Assembly: GCA_944384725.1 (NCBI GenBank)
Contig: CALWUJ010000004.1
Location: 33,189-97,188 of the forward strand
Direction: 5' to 3'
DNA from: an uncultured Agathobaculum sp.
GTDB taxonomy: Bacteria; Bacillota; Clostridia; Oscillospirales; Butyricicoccaceae
DNA: 64,000 nucleotides
Part shown: positions 41,937-51,375 of the stretch, piece after piece
How the letters are laid out: each line of letters begins with the position of its first letter
Position numbering within the stretch: position 1 is the stretch's first letter
Translations under genes and position numbers: made by a program
Notes under the pieces: generated by a model
Told to the model about the DNA's origin: nothing
Seen by the model: the letters and a program-made list of their open reading frames with translations, nothing else
Database searches by the model: none

Positions 41937-42812
41937 TCACTCCGGCTTGCGGTCGCCGCCAAAGAAGAAGGTGGTCAGCACGCCGGGGCCGGTATGGGAA
42001 CCGATTACCGTGCCGATATAACGAATATCCGACTGTACACCGCTTTGTTTCAGAAGATCTGCCAGCTTTTGCGCATCTTCCAGGCAGTCGCCATGGCAAA
42101 TGCGGACAGTTTGCTTTTTGTCAGACATTTCGCGTATTGTGCGGTCGGCCAGGTACTGAATGGCTTTCTGACGTCCACGTACCTTACCGCACACGCTGAG
42201 TTTTCCTTCGTTATCGACCCAGATGAGCGGCTTAATACCCAGCAGGCTGCCGACAACTGCGGAGGTCTTGCTGAGTCGGCCGCCGCGATGCAAATGTCCC
42301 AAATCATCTACGGTGACCAGATGAATGACATGCAGACGCATTTGCTCAATCGCGGTAGCTGTCACTTCAGCGGAGCAGCCGCTGTCACGCATTTCACGAG
42401 CCTTATCGACCAGCAGATATTCGCCGCCGGTAGCGGCAAGCGAATCCACGCAGAAAATCTTGCGATCCGGGTAGAGAGGGGCTAACTCATCGCGCGCCAT
42501 GCAGCCCGCATGGAAGGTACCGGACAGTCCGGATGAAAAACCGATATAGAGGATATCCTGCCCGGCATCCAACGCTTCGCGGAAAACAGTCAGGAACGTA
42601 TCGAGCTTTGCTTGCGAGGTGCTCGATTGCTTGCCTTGCCGCAGCAAATCATAAAACTGATGGAAGGAAACGGTTTGGCCGCAATCCTCTTCAATAGTGC
42701 GGTTGTCAATAGTAAACGCGAGCGGCACACATTTGATATCGTGCTGAGAGAAATAAGAAGCGGTTTCGTCAATGGTGGAATCAGTGACAAGTGTAAACGG
42801 ATACATGGGCAT
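41937..42812 (-). CDS. DegV/FakB fatty-acid-binding protein
   Basis: VTDST, STSQ, SSGLSGT, GGR, IGSHTGPG. Confidence 0.9.
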   Translation of the reverse strand: MPMYPFTLVTDSTIDETASYFSQHDIKCVPLAFTIDNRTIEEDCGQTVSFHQFYDLLRQGKQSSTSQAKLDTFLTVFREALDAGQDILYIGFSSGLSGTFHAGCMARDELAPLYPDRKIFCVDSLAATGGEYLLVDKAREMRDSGCSAEVTATAIEQMRLHVIHLVTVDDLGHLHRGGRLSKTSAVVGSLLGIKPLIWVDNEGKLSVCGKVRGRQKAIQYLADRTIREMSDKKQTVRICHGDCLEDAQKLADLLKQSGVQSDIRYIGTVIGSHTGPGVLTTFFFGGDRKPE

Positions 42813-42833
42813 ACTCCTTTCGGATGAATAGAC

Positions 42834-44030
42834 TTAGCCGATGATTTCAAAAGAGGTATCGCACGCACCTGTAAGGGAACGTGCAGGACCTTGAGGCACA
42901 ATTTCATAGGTGTTTTCGCAGCCGATCAGGCCAATGCCGTCCAGCGCGATTTTAGGTTCGACGGCAAGCGTCATACCGGATACAAGCGGCGCATTAAAGC
43001 CCTTCGCCAAAACCGGTGTTTCATCCATCGTCAGGCCGATGGAATGGCCGAGGAATTTGCAGGCATTCATGAAACCATTGCGGAAAGCGGGGTCGACACA
43101 GGCGAGCAGCTTTTCATAGATTTCTGCCGGAACTGCTCCCGGTTTCATCATGGCTGCAGCTTCGTTTTCCAGAAAAACGCACTGCTCCCGTGCGGCACGG
43201 ATCAAATCGCCCTGCGGATGGCGGGCAAGTTCTCCATAATAAAAGGTAATGCTCTTATCGGTATGATAGCCGTGCATACCGCAAGGGATGTCAAGCAAAA
43301 CAATATCGCCTTCATGCAGGCGGCGCTCGGAAGAACCGATGGACTTCATAGCGATACAAGTGCCGACCGTACCGGAAGGACTGTCCAGTGCTGCGGCGCG
43401 CAGACTGTTTTCGCTGAAGCTGGCAACGCCTAACACATCTTCTGCTGCTGGTTGATTGAAGCGGGAAATACCCATCGCACCCCGATCCAGCATTGCGGTG
43501 CAGACCTCACTGCAAAGCCGTGCTTCGCTGACACCGGAACGCAGCAGGGCAGGTGCGATCTGTTCAATGACCTGTTGGTGCAAGCGACCGGACTGACGCA
43601 TACAGTCGAGTTCGTATTCACTCTTTACCGAACGAAGTTGAGCAAGCACATCGTCTGCGGATTTTGGTGTAAAGGGAAGATATTTGTTCAGCATGGTCAG
43701 CTTTTGCAGCGTCATGGTACGGGTTGCCACATAAACTGTTTCCGGAATGTTGGGAAACGCTTCTGCAATGCCGCGGAAGCTGCCGAGCGGACGGATATCT
43801 TCGAAGAGGGATTCCTGCCGTGCACAGTCATAGGAGCGGCGCACGAACAGGACAGCTTGTCCGGGCGTGAGGACGAGCGCTCCTTCCTGCATCGTGCCGG
43901 TAAAATAGTATAGATCAATTTTGTTATCCAAAATCATCATGGACCATGCGGGGTCACGCTGAGTCATCGCATGGCGTAAGCGGTCAAGACGTGCCGACAG
44001 TTCATCGGCAGGAACAGGGGTATGGGGCAT
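42834..44030 (-). CDS. M24 family (Xaa-Pro-like) peptidase
   Basis: Creatinase-like N domain, RSVKS.YE, D...YHTD, GHSIGL, VEP, CEN. Confidence 0.82.
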   Translation of the reverse strand: MPHTPVPADELSARLDRLRHAMTQRDPAWSMMILDNKIDLYYFTGTMQEGALVLTPGQAVLFVRRSYDCARQESLFEDIRPLGSFRGIAEAFPNIPETVYVATRTMTLQKLTMLNKYLPFTPKSADDVLAQLRSVKSEYELDCMRQSGRLHQQVIEQIAPALLRSGVSEARLCSEVCTAMLDRGAMGISRFNQPAAEDVLGVASFSENSLRAAALDSPSGTVGTCIAMKSIGSSERRLHEGDIVLLDIPCGMHGYHTDKSITFYYGELARHPQGDLIRAAREQCVFLENEAAAMMKPGAVPAEIYEKLLACVDPAFRNGFMNACKFLGHSIGLTMDETPVLAKGFNAPLVSGMTLAVEPKIALDGIGLIGCENTYEIVPQGPARSLTGACDTSFEIIG

Positions 44031-44177
44031 TGCTATCGTCCTCCGGTAAAGAATTTGAAATTTGTATGCTTTATCTTATCACAGATTTGAATCGAGGGCA
44101 ATGCATGCGCATTGACTTTTATCATTTGGTGCGCTATCATGATATATGTGAAAGTTTTTGATGAAAGGAGTCGGGTT

Positions 44178-45704
44178 ATGCGCAGACTGGTTGGCCGCCT
44201 GTTGGGTGATCGTCGGGTTGTGGGCGGCTTTTTGCTGGCGTTGCAGCTGTTGATCGTCATGTATGGACTGGGATGGCTGAGCGAAACTTCCAGATGGATG
44301 CCGCGTGCGCTGACAGTGCTCAGCGTGATTATTGTGATCTGGCTGGTTCGTAAATATGATAATCCGACTTATAAGATCACTTGGATCATTGTTATTTTGC
44401 TGCTGCCTCTGTTTGGCGGATTATTCTATCTGCTTTGGGGCAATACGCCGGTTAACCGGGCACGCACACAGCATAAATACGAGCCGAATCCGCCGGATTT
44501 TAGGGACTATATGCGTACACCGGCGACGGAGGAGCTGGCGCAGCGGTATCCGCGTCATGCGTCTCGTGCACGGTATATTGCATCTTTGGATGGCATGCCG
44601 GCATGGACCAACACAGAAGCACACTATTTCCGACTGGGCGAAGAAATGTTTGCATCCATGTGCGAGGAACTCAAGCGAGCGCATAAATTCATCTTTTTCG
44701 AGTACTTTATTATCGAAGAAGGTGTCATGTGGAACACCATTTTGGACATCCTCAAACAAAAAGTACGGGAGGGTGTCGATGTGCGCGTCATCTATGATGA
44801 CGTGGGGTCGATTGCCACGCTTCCGCAGCATTATGACAAGTATCTGATCTCGCTGGGTATTCGTGCGGTGCGTTTTAATCGGTTCATTCCAACGCTCAAC
44901 ACTTATTTGAACTATCGAAATCATCGAAAGATGATGATTATTGATGGAAACGTCGGATACATGGGCGGCATCAATCTGGCGGATGAATATATCAATAAAA
45001 AAGTTCGCTTTGGACATTGGAAAGATACTGGTATTATGCTGCGCGGCGAAGGAACGGCAAACATGACCTCTCTGTTTCTGCAAATGTGGGAGTATGTGAC
45101 AGGGGAGACGGTGCCGCCGCTGGACGCCTATCTGCCGACCGCCAAATTGCCGCCGGATGGTTATGTGCAGTCCTTCGCGGATTCTCCGCTGGATGATTTG
45201 AATATTGGTGAGTCTATTTACCTGCAAATCATTCATAATGCGCGTGACTATGTCTATATTACGACGCCTTATTTGGTGCTGGACAATGAAATGATCACGG
45301 CGCTGACTATTGCGGCACAATCCGGCGTGGATGTGCGCATCCTGACGCCGGGCATTCCGGATAAAAAGCTGGTCTACATGATTACCCGTTCGTATTACCA
45401 GCAGCTGCATCGTGCCGGCGTGAAAATCTATGAATATCGTCCCGGTTTTCTGCATGCAAAGTGCATTGTATCGGATGATGATACGGCAGTGGTTGGTACA
45501 ATCAATATGGATTTCCGATCCTTCTTCCTGCATTTTGAATGCGCCACTTGTTTTTATAACAGTTCAGTTGTTGGTGCTGTCAAGCAGGATATTTTGGAAA
45601 CGATCAATGTCAGCCGTCAAATTACAGATGAATGGCTGCACAGAATTCGTTGGCTGCGCTCGATTGCAGCAAGTGTACTGCGTCTGTTTGCCCCCTTACT
45701 ATAA
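44178..45704 (+). CDS. cls: Cardiolipin synthase
   Basis: Two HKD motifs (NHRKMMIIDG, LHAKCIVSDD), N-terminal TMs. Confidence 0.92.
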   Translation: MRRLVGRLLGDRRVVGGFLLALQLLIVMYGLGWLSETSRWMPRALTVLSVIIVIWLVRKYDNPTYKITWIIVILLLPLFGGLFYLLWGNTPVNRARTQHKYEPNPPDFRDYMRTPATEELAQRYPRHASRARYIASLDGMPAWTNTEAHYFRLGEEMFASMCEELKRAHKFIFFEYFIIEEGVMWNTILDILKQKVREGVDVRVIYDDVGSIATLPQHYDKYLISLGIRAVRFNRFIPTLNTYLNYRNHRKMMIIDGNVGYMGGINLADEYINKKVRFGHWKDTGIMLRGEGTANMTSLFLQMWEYVTGETVPPLDAYLPTAKLPPDGYVQSFADSPLDDLNIGESIYLQIIHNARDYVYITTPYLVLDNEMITALTIAAQSGVDVRILTPGIPDKKLVYMITRSYYQQLHRAGVKIYEYRPGFLHAKCIVSDDDTAVVGTINMDFRSFFLHFECATCFYNSSVVGAVKQDILETINVSRQITDEWLHRIRWLRSIAASVLRLFAPLL

Positions 45705-45755
45705 TTGGTTGGGGAAGGGGTGACGACCCGAGAAAGCATCGGGAGGGATGAAACG

Positions 45756-46517
45756 ATGCAGCAGAAAGAGCAGACTTTGTTCGCAATATTGGATGCAGGG
45801 GAACTGCTGTTGACTGCGGGAGCAGAGGTAGCCCGTGTCGAAGATACCATTCGACGGATGGCGCACGCATATGGCTTTGTCCGCACCGATGTGCTCACGA
45901 TTACAGCCAGTATGATCGTGACGGTACAGGCGGCGAATGGGGATGTGTTTACGCAGACCCGCCGTATCCTGAGACGGGAAACTGATATGCGGCGGATTGA
46001 AGCGGTCAATGCACTGTCGCGAACAGTCTGCCGGAACCCTCTGCCGCTGGATGAATTGCGGGGGCGGATCGAAGAGATTCGCAGCATGCCGGAAGGCTCA
46101 AAATGGCGTTTGCCTGCGGCATATCTGCTGATTGCAGGTTCGTTTGCGGTGTTTTTTGGCGGCTCATGGCGGGATGGTATCGCGGCGATGCTGTGCAGTA
46201 TGGTACTGTATGCCGTGGGACGTGTTGGAGTGCGTATTCGTTTGCAGCCAATCGTATTGACGGTAATCAGTGCTGCACTGATGTGCCTTGCGGCGCTGAT
46301 TACTGTCAAAGCAGGGTTGGGACAAGGGCTGGATTATATCATTATCGGCAATATCATGCTGCTGATTCCGGGAATTGCTCTGGTGACTTCGCTGCGCGAT
46401 ATGATTGTAGGCGATACCATTAGTGGTTTGCTTGGTGCATGCGAAGCGCTTTTGCGGGCAATTGCCATTGCTGCTGGTTGTGCATTGGTGCTGATGCAGT
46501 TGGGAGGCGCAGGATGA
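45756..46517 (+). CDS. ThrE-family exporter subunit (YjjP-like)
   Basis: GAE..RVEDT..R, N.LSR, LIPG motifs. Confidence 0.85.
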   Translation: MQQKEQTLFAILDAGELLLTAGAEVARVEDTIRRMAHAYGFVRTDVLTITASMIVTVQAANGDVFTQTRRILRRETDMRRIEAVNALSRTVCRNPLPLDELRGRIEEIRSMPEGSKWRLPAAYLLIAGSFAVFFGGSWRDGIAAMLCSMVLYAVGRVGVRIRLQPIVLTVISAALMCLAALITVKAGLGQGLDYIIIGNIMLLIPGIALVTSLRDMIVGDTISGLLGACEALLRAIAIAAGCALVLMQLGGAG

Positions 46518-46972
46518 ATACGCAAATGGTGTTACAGGTAGTGATGGCAACGATCGGCGCCATGGGATTTGGATTGCTGTTTCATATGTCCGGCGGACGG
46601 CTGTTGGCGATCACGTTGGGTGGTGCAGCCAACTGGATTTTTTATCTGCTGGGCATGGAAGTTTACCATGACCGCGTAATCGCGTTTTTCGTTGCTGCGT
46701 TGGCAACGGCAGTTCTGGCGGAAATTATGGCGCGCCTTATGAAAACGCCGGTCATTACGCTTTTGGTGCCGATGCTTGTTCCCTTGATTCCGGGTGGTGA
46801 TTTGTACTATACCACGCTTGCATTGGTGCAAGGAGATATGGAGGCTTTCGCACAGTATGGCGGAATGTTTATTCGCGAAGCAGGTGCCATCTCTTTTGGT
46901 ATTATTCTGGTCGCGTGTGTCGTACAGACAGCATTTCGTCTGTGGATGTTGTTTCGGGAGCGAAAAGTATAA
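46514..46972 (+). CDS. ThrE_2-family exporter subunit (YjjB-like)
   Basis: PLIPG..LY motif, ATGA overlap with upstream partner. Confidence 0.85.
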   Translation: MNTQMVLQVVMATIGAMGFGLLFHMSGGRLLAITLGGAANWIFYLLGMEVYHDRVIAFFVAALATAVLAEIMARLMKTPVITLLVPMLVPLIPGGDLYYTTLALVQGDMEAFAQYGGMFIREAGAISFGIILVACVVQTAFRLWMLFRERKV

Positions 46973-47010
46973 AAGCGTTCTGCACGATAGAAATGTTGCA
47001 GAACGCTTTT
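46971..47010. terminator. Bidirectional terminator
   Basis: AAAAGCGTTCTGCA/TGCAGAACGCTTTT. Confidence 0.75.
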
Positions 47011-47332
47011 AAAACAGAAAATAGGATAATAGATAGGTCAGACAGCCGGCAATTGCGGCCCAAATCAAAAAGGTCAGGAACAGGCAGAATAAATAGCTGA
47101 CCGGAAAACGGGCATAGCGCAGCTGTTCGCCTAATTCATCCGGGTCTCCCATGCTGCGAAGCGCTGCGGAAACCGCTTGCTCATGCGTATCGCCGCGATC
47201 GTGCTCCAGATATTCTACATGGGATAGGATGTGATCGGTCAATTCGCGCCATATGCGCGCACGATAGGGTGGCCAAAATAAGTGGCGGCACACCTGATTG
47301 AGATAGCGGGCAATTCGTTCATCCGAGGACAC
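47009..47332 (-). CDS. Permease-prefix/HAAS-type domain membrane protein
   Basis: YL..V...L....R..I..EL.DHI, A...A...MGDP.ELG..L, single C-terminal TM; GTG after GGAGG, overlaps padR end. Confidence 0.7.
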   Translation of the reverse strand: MSSDERIARYLNQVCRHLFWPPYRARIWRELTDHILSHVEYLEHDRGDTHEQAVSAALRSMGDPDELGEQLRYARFPVSYLFCLFLTFLIWAAIAGCLTYLLSYFLF

Positions 47333-47669
47333 ATGCTTCACCTCCGACTACTTTGCCGAATTGCTTGCAGAAGGATTCCCATTCGCGGCGGCAGCGCGCA
47401 AGCGTTTTGACACCTTGACGGGTGAGCTGATAATAGCGTCGGCGGCGTCCTGCGTCAGACGCACGTTCGTAAGAGCGAACCTCACCATGTGCTTCCAGAC
47501 TGTGCAGGATAGGGTAGAGCGTGCCTTCTTTCATGGAGAAAGTCTGATCCGAGCGACATTCCAATTCTCGAATGATCTGATAGCCGTATTTATCGGCATC
47601 TTCTAAAAGTGCGAGGACAAGCAATGTGTTGCTTCCCGGAAAAGCAGGATCATTTTTTTTGCGCGACAA
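47319..47669 (-). CDS. PadR-family transcriptional regulator
   Basis: YGYQII, EGTLYP.LH.LE, RRRYY.LT..G; TTG start after GGAGG. Confidence 0.88.
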   Translation of the reverse strand: MSRKKNDPAFPGSNTLLVLALLEDADKYGYQIIRELECRSDQTFSMKEGTLYPILHSLEAHGEVRSYERASDAGRRRRYYQLTRQGVKTLARCRREWESFCKQFGKVVGGEACVLG

Positions 47670-47685
47670 CAGAAACACCTCCCAA

Positions 47686-47738
47686 TACCTCGATCGTCGA
47701 TGTATCCATAGTATATCCCGGCAAATGGGATGTGTCAA
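47686..47738 (-). promoter_or_regulatory. padR promoter and probable autoregulatory operator
   Basis: TTGACA-N17-TATACT (47738-47710) followed by inverted repeat TACATCGA-cga-TCGAGGTA (47704-47686). Confidence 0.65.
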
Positions 47739-47825
47739 ACACTTTATTGAGAAAACCTCTTGCTTTATAAGCATATTTCCTGTATTATAATCAAGTATTT
47801 GTTCATTGTGGAGGATGAAAGAACG

Positions 47826-48317
47826 ATGTTTACCGATTTGTTCAACTGGCTGCTTGGCGCGGGACGCGAACTTGCGGTTGTCATTATCTCTATGGTTCCG
47901 TTGGTGGAACTGCGCGGCGCAGTGCCGCTTGGCGTTGCGGTTGGTATGCCGGAAACTACATTGATTCCGCTCGCGATTCTTGGCAATATGCTTCCGATTC
48001 CGTTTTTGCTGTTTTTTGGTGAAAAAATTCTGGATTGGGTATGCACACTGCCGCCGCTGACCAAGTTTGCAACGGCCTATAAGCAAAAACTGCTTTCCAA
48101 AACCGATCAGGTGACCAAATATGCGCGTATTGGTTTGTGTCTGTTTGTGGCAATTCCGCTGCCGGGCACCGGAGCGTGGTCGGGGGCACTGATTGCTACC
48201 ATTTTGAAAATGCCGAAAACCAAGGCGCTGTTGTCCATTCTGGCGGGCGTTATTACGGCGGGTATCATTATGTTGATTGCATCCCACAGCGTGATTGGTG
48301 TGGTGAATTTGTTTTGA
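47826..48317 (+). CDS. Putative small multidrug export protein (COG2426)
   Basis: P.VELRGA.P, GN..P.P, FVAIPLPGTGAW motifs. Confidence 0.85.
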   Translation: MFTDLFNWLLGAGRELAVVIISMVPLVELRGAVPLGVAVGMPETTLIPLAILGNMLPIPFLLFFGEKILDWVCTLPPLTKFATAYKQKLLSKTDQVTKYARIGLCLFVAIPLPGTGAWSGALIATILKMPKTKALLSILAGVITAGIIMLIASHSVIGVVNLF

Positions 48318-48353
48318 AAAAATGCGTCCGGAGTATTCCGGACGCATTTTTTT
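48317..48353. terminator. Bidirectional terminator
   Basis: AAAAAATGCGTCCGGA/TCCGGACGCATTTTTT. Confidence 0.85.
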
Positions 48354-48362
48354 GATATTAAC

Positions 48363-49805
48363 TTAAATGCGGCATGCTTCCAGCAAGGCATGCTTGCAGT
48401 CCCACAGCTTTTGAGACAAATCCACAAAATAGGTTTGCGGATTTTCAAAGCGTTTGATTTGCTCCCAAAGCGTATCCACTTCGGATAGACAGTAATTGCG
48501 GATCGAGTTGATATCCGGGCTGGTATATACGCAGCGTCCTGCTTTGAACAGCTGCACGCGCAGCGGACGAACCGTATAATCAGTAACGACACGTTTTTTC
48601 CATGTATGGATCGGATGGAACAGGGTGTAAGGCTGATCGCTGTCAATCACTTCGTCGTGAATGGTCAGCACATCACCCAGTGCTTTGCCGGTCTTATTGT
48701 CAAACAGACGATAAACTTGTTTGAAGTGCGGCGTAGTGATTTTCTCTACATTTTCCGAAACCTTGATTTTTGGGATGATATCGCTTTCCGCACTTTCCAC
48801 TGCGGCAAGTTTGTAGACGCCACCAAATACCGGCTCGGATTTGGAGGTGATCAGGCGTTCACCGATGCCGAAAGAATCCACACATGCGCCTTGCACCAAC
48901 AGATCGCGTACCAGATATTCGTCGAGCGAGTTGGATGCCATGATCTGCATATCTGAGAAACCGGCTTCATCGAGCATTTTGCGCGCTTCGATGGAAAGAT
49001 AAGCAATATCGCCGGAATCCAGACGAATGCCTCGCGGACGAATGCCTTTTTCTTCGACCATCTCGCGGGCAACTCGCAGCGCATTGGGAACACCGGATTT
49101 AAGGACATTATAGGTGTCGACCAGAAAAACACAGTTATCCGGATAAATATCCGCATAGGCTTTAAAGGCCTCATATTCGCTGTCAAACATCTGCACCCAA
49201 GAGTGCGCCATCGTGCCGCCGGCAGGGATTTTGAAATCACGGTCAGCCAGCACGCAGGCCGTGCCCTGACAACCGCCGATATAGGCAGCGCGGGCACCGT
49301 AGATTGCACCGTCGTAGCCTTGCGCACGGCGGGAGCCAAACTCCAGCACGGTACGGCCTTGCGCGGCGCGCGTAATGCGGTTGGCTTTGGTGGCAATCAG
49401 GGTTTGATGGTTGATGGTGAGCAGAACCATGGTTTCCACAAACTGCGCCTGAATCATCGGCCCCGCAACAGTGACCAGCGGCTCACCGGGGAACACAGGT
49501 GTGCCTTCCGGTACTGCCCAGACATCGCATTCAAATTTGAAATGTCGGAGATAATGCAGAAATGCTTCGGAGAAACAGCCGCGGCCGCGCAGGTATTTGA
49601 TATCTTCATCAGTAAAGTGCAGATTTTTGAAATATTCGATTAACTGCTCGACGCCTGCCATGATGGCATAACCGCCGCCATCCGGTACACGACGGAAAAA
49701 CATGTCAAAATATGCGCGGCGATCCGCGATCCCTTTTTCGAAATAGCCATGTGCCATGGTAAACTCATAAAAGTCGGTCAACATGGTCAAATTCTTGTCT
49801 AACAT
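48363..49805 (-). CDS. pncB: Nicotinate phosphoribosyltransferase
   Basis: TDFYE.TM, EFGSRR, GTMAHS, DTY, RLDSGD, GGVYKL. Confidence 0.93.
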   Translation of the reverse strand: MLDKNLTMLTDFYEFTMAHGYFEKGIADRRAYFDMFFRRVPDGGGYAIMAGVEQLIEYFKNLHFTDEDIKYLRGRGCFSEAFLHYLRHFKFECDVWAVPEGTPVFPGEPLVTVAGPMIQAQFVETMVLLTINHQTLIATKANRITRAAQGRTVLEFGSRRAQGYDGAIYGARAAYIGGCQGTACVLADRDFKIPAGGTMAHSWVQMFDSEYEAFKAYADIYPDNCVFLVDTYNVLKSGVPNALRVAREMVEEKGIRPRGIRLDSGDIAYLSIEARKMLDEAGFSDMQIMASNSLDEYLVRDLLVQGACVDSFGIGERLITSKSEPVFGGVYKLAAVESAESDIIPKIKVSENVEKITTPHFKQVYRLFDNKTGKALGDVLTIHDEVIDSDQPYTLFHPIHTWKKRVVTDYTVRPLRVQLFKAGRCVYTSPDINSIRNYCLSEVDTLWEQIKRFENPQTYFVDLSQKLWDCKHALLEACRI

Positions 49806-49858
49806 TGCGAAAAACGCCCCTTTGCGCACGCAAGTCGTGCGCTTTTTTTCATTCTATG

Positions 49859-49917
49859 TATCTGTCTTGACACAGTACATTTATAGATATCATAGTACTA
49901 TTTTGGCAAAAGTGCAA
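49859..49917 (-). promoter_or_regulatory. pncB promoter with NiaR-like operator
   Basis: TTGCAC-N17-TATGAT (49917-49889); TACTGTGTCAAGACAGATA just downstream (49877-49859). Confidence 0.55.
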
Positions 49918-49944
49918 GTATTTCTTGATAACAAAAATTCACAA

Positions 49945-50015
49945 AATGAATAAATATTCATAAAAGAAAATATTTATAAATTTTTCTTGCCAAACGATGG
50001 GAGAGGGAGTATAAT
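49945..50015 (+). promoter_or_regulatory. ARG box(es) and sigmaA promoter of arg operon
   Basis: AATGAATAAATATTCATA (49945-49962) plus degenerate tandem box; TTGCCA-N17-TATAAT (49987-50015). Confidence 0.7.
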
Positions 50016-50055
50016 GAAACAGTCGAAAAAATGACAGGCATGGAGGTCAACAGAC

Positions 50056-51309
50056 ATGGAAAAGAAATATAACAAAGTTGTTCTGGCATACTCGGGCGGT
50101 TTGGACACTTCGGTGCTCATTCCGTGGCTGAAGGAGCATTACGGCTGTGAGGTCATCGCGGTTTCCGGCAACGTTGGTCAGGCGGGTGAGCTGGACGGCC
50201 TTGAGGAAAAGGCACTGGCTACCGGTGCGTCCAAGCTGTACATTGAGGATCTGACCAAGGAATTCGTGGATGACTACATTATCCCGACCATGAAGGCTGG
50301 CGCAACCTATGAGCAGTACCTGCTCGGCACTTCGTTTGCGCGTCCGATCATCGCAAAGCGCATTGTTGAGATCGCACTTAAAGAAGGCGCAGACGCGATT
50401 TGCCATGGCTGCACGGGTAAGGGCAACGATCAGGTGCGTTTCGAGCTGGCTATCCACGCGTTTGCACCGCAGATGGATATTATCGCTCCGTGGCGTTTCT
50501 GGGAGCTAAACAGCCGTGAGAAGGAGATCGCTTACGCAGAAGCACACAACATTCCGCTGAAGATCAATAAGGAGACCAACTATTCTAAGGATAAGAACCT
50601 GTGGCACCTGAGCCACGAGGGTCTTGACCTTGAGCTGCCGTCCAACGAAGCGCCGATCAATCGTCCGGGCTTCCTCGAGCTGGGTGTTTCGCCTGAGCAG
50701 GCCCCCGACAAGCCGACCTACGTCACCATCCACTTTGAAAAGGGGGTTCCGACTGCGGTCGACGGCGAGGAAATGGACTCGGTTGCCATCATCGAAAAGC
50801 TCAACAAGCTCGGCGGCGAAAACGGCGTTGGCATTCTGGATATCGTTGAAAACCGTCTGGTTGGCATGAAGAGCCGCGGCGTATATGAGACTCCGGGCGG
50901 TGCAGTGCTGTATGCAGCGCATCAGAAGCTCGAGGAGATCACCCTCGATAAGGAAACTGCGCACTACAAGGCACAGGTTGCGATGAAGTTCGGTGATCTG
51001 GTTTATAACGGCCAGTGGTACACCCCGCTGCGCAAGGCATTGTCTGCATTCGTTGACTCTACGCAGGAAACGGTTACCGGCGATGTAAAACTCAAGCTGT
51101 ATAAGGGCAATATCATTCCGGCATCTGTCACCTCGCCGTACAGCCTGTACTCTGAGGACATGGCGACCTTCAACGAGGATGACTGCTACGATCAGGCGGA
51201 TTCCGCAGGCTTCATCAACCTGTTTGGTCTGCCGCTCAAGGTTCGTGCGCTGAATGATCAGATTCTGTATCAAAAGACCGGCAAGCACTTCCCGTCGGTA
51301 GAAAAGTAA
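50056..51309 (+). CDS. argG: Argininosuccinate synthase
   Basis: [32 protein letters not shown]. Confidence 0.97.
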   Translation: MEKKYNKVVLAYSGGLDTSVLIPWLKEHYGCEVIAVSGNVGQAGELDGLEEKALATGASKLYIEDLTKEFVDDYIIPTMKAGATYEQYLLGTSFARPIIAKRIVEIALKEGADAICHGCTGKGNDQVRFELAIHAFAPQMDIIAPWRFWELNSREKEIAYAEAHNIPLKINKETNYSKDKNLWHLSHEGLDLELPSNEAPINRPGFLELGVSPEQAPDKPTYVTIHFEKGVPTAVDGEEMDSVAIIEKLNKLGGENGVGILDIVENRLVGMKSRGVYETPGGAVLYAAHQKLEEITLDKETAHYKAQVAMKFGDLVYNGQWYTPLRKALSAFVDSTQETVTGDVKLKLYKGNIIPASVTSPYSLYSEDMATFNEDDCYDQADSAGFINLFGLPLKVRALNDQILYQKTGKHFPSVEK

Positions 51310-51375
51310 TTCAATGATCGTGGGGCGGCATGTCCGAACGTGCCGCCCTACGGGTGTTTTGTGAGGTAACGCATT

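Noticed and set aside
47670-48347. 226-aa N-terminal extension of the PadR ORF in the six-frame track
   Set aside because: Antisense to the COG2426 gene; a promoter and RBS support the TTG start at 47669
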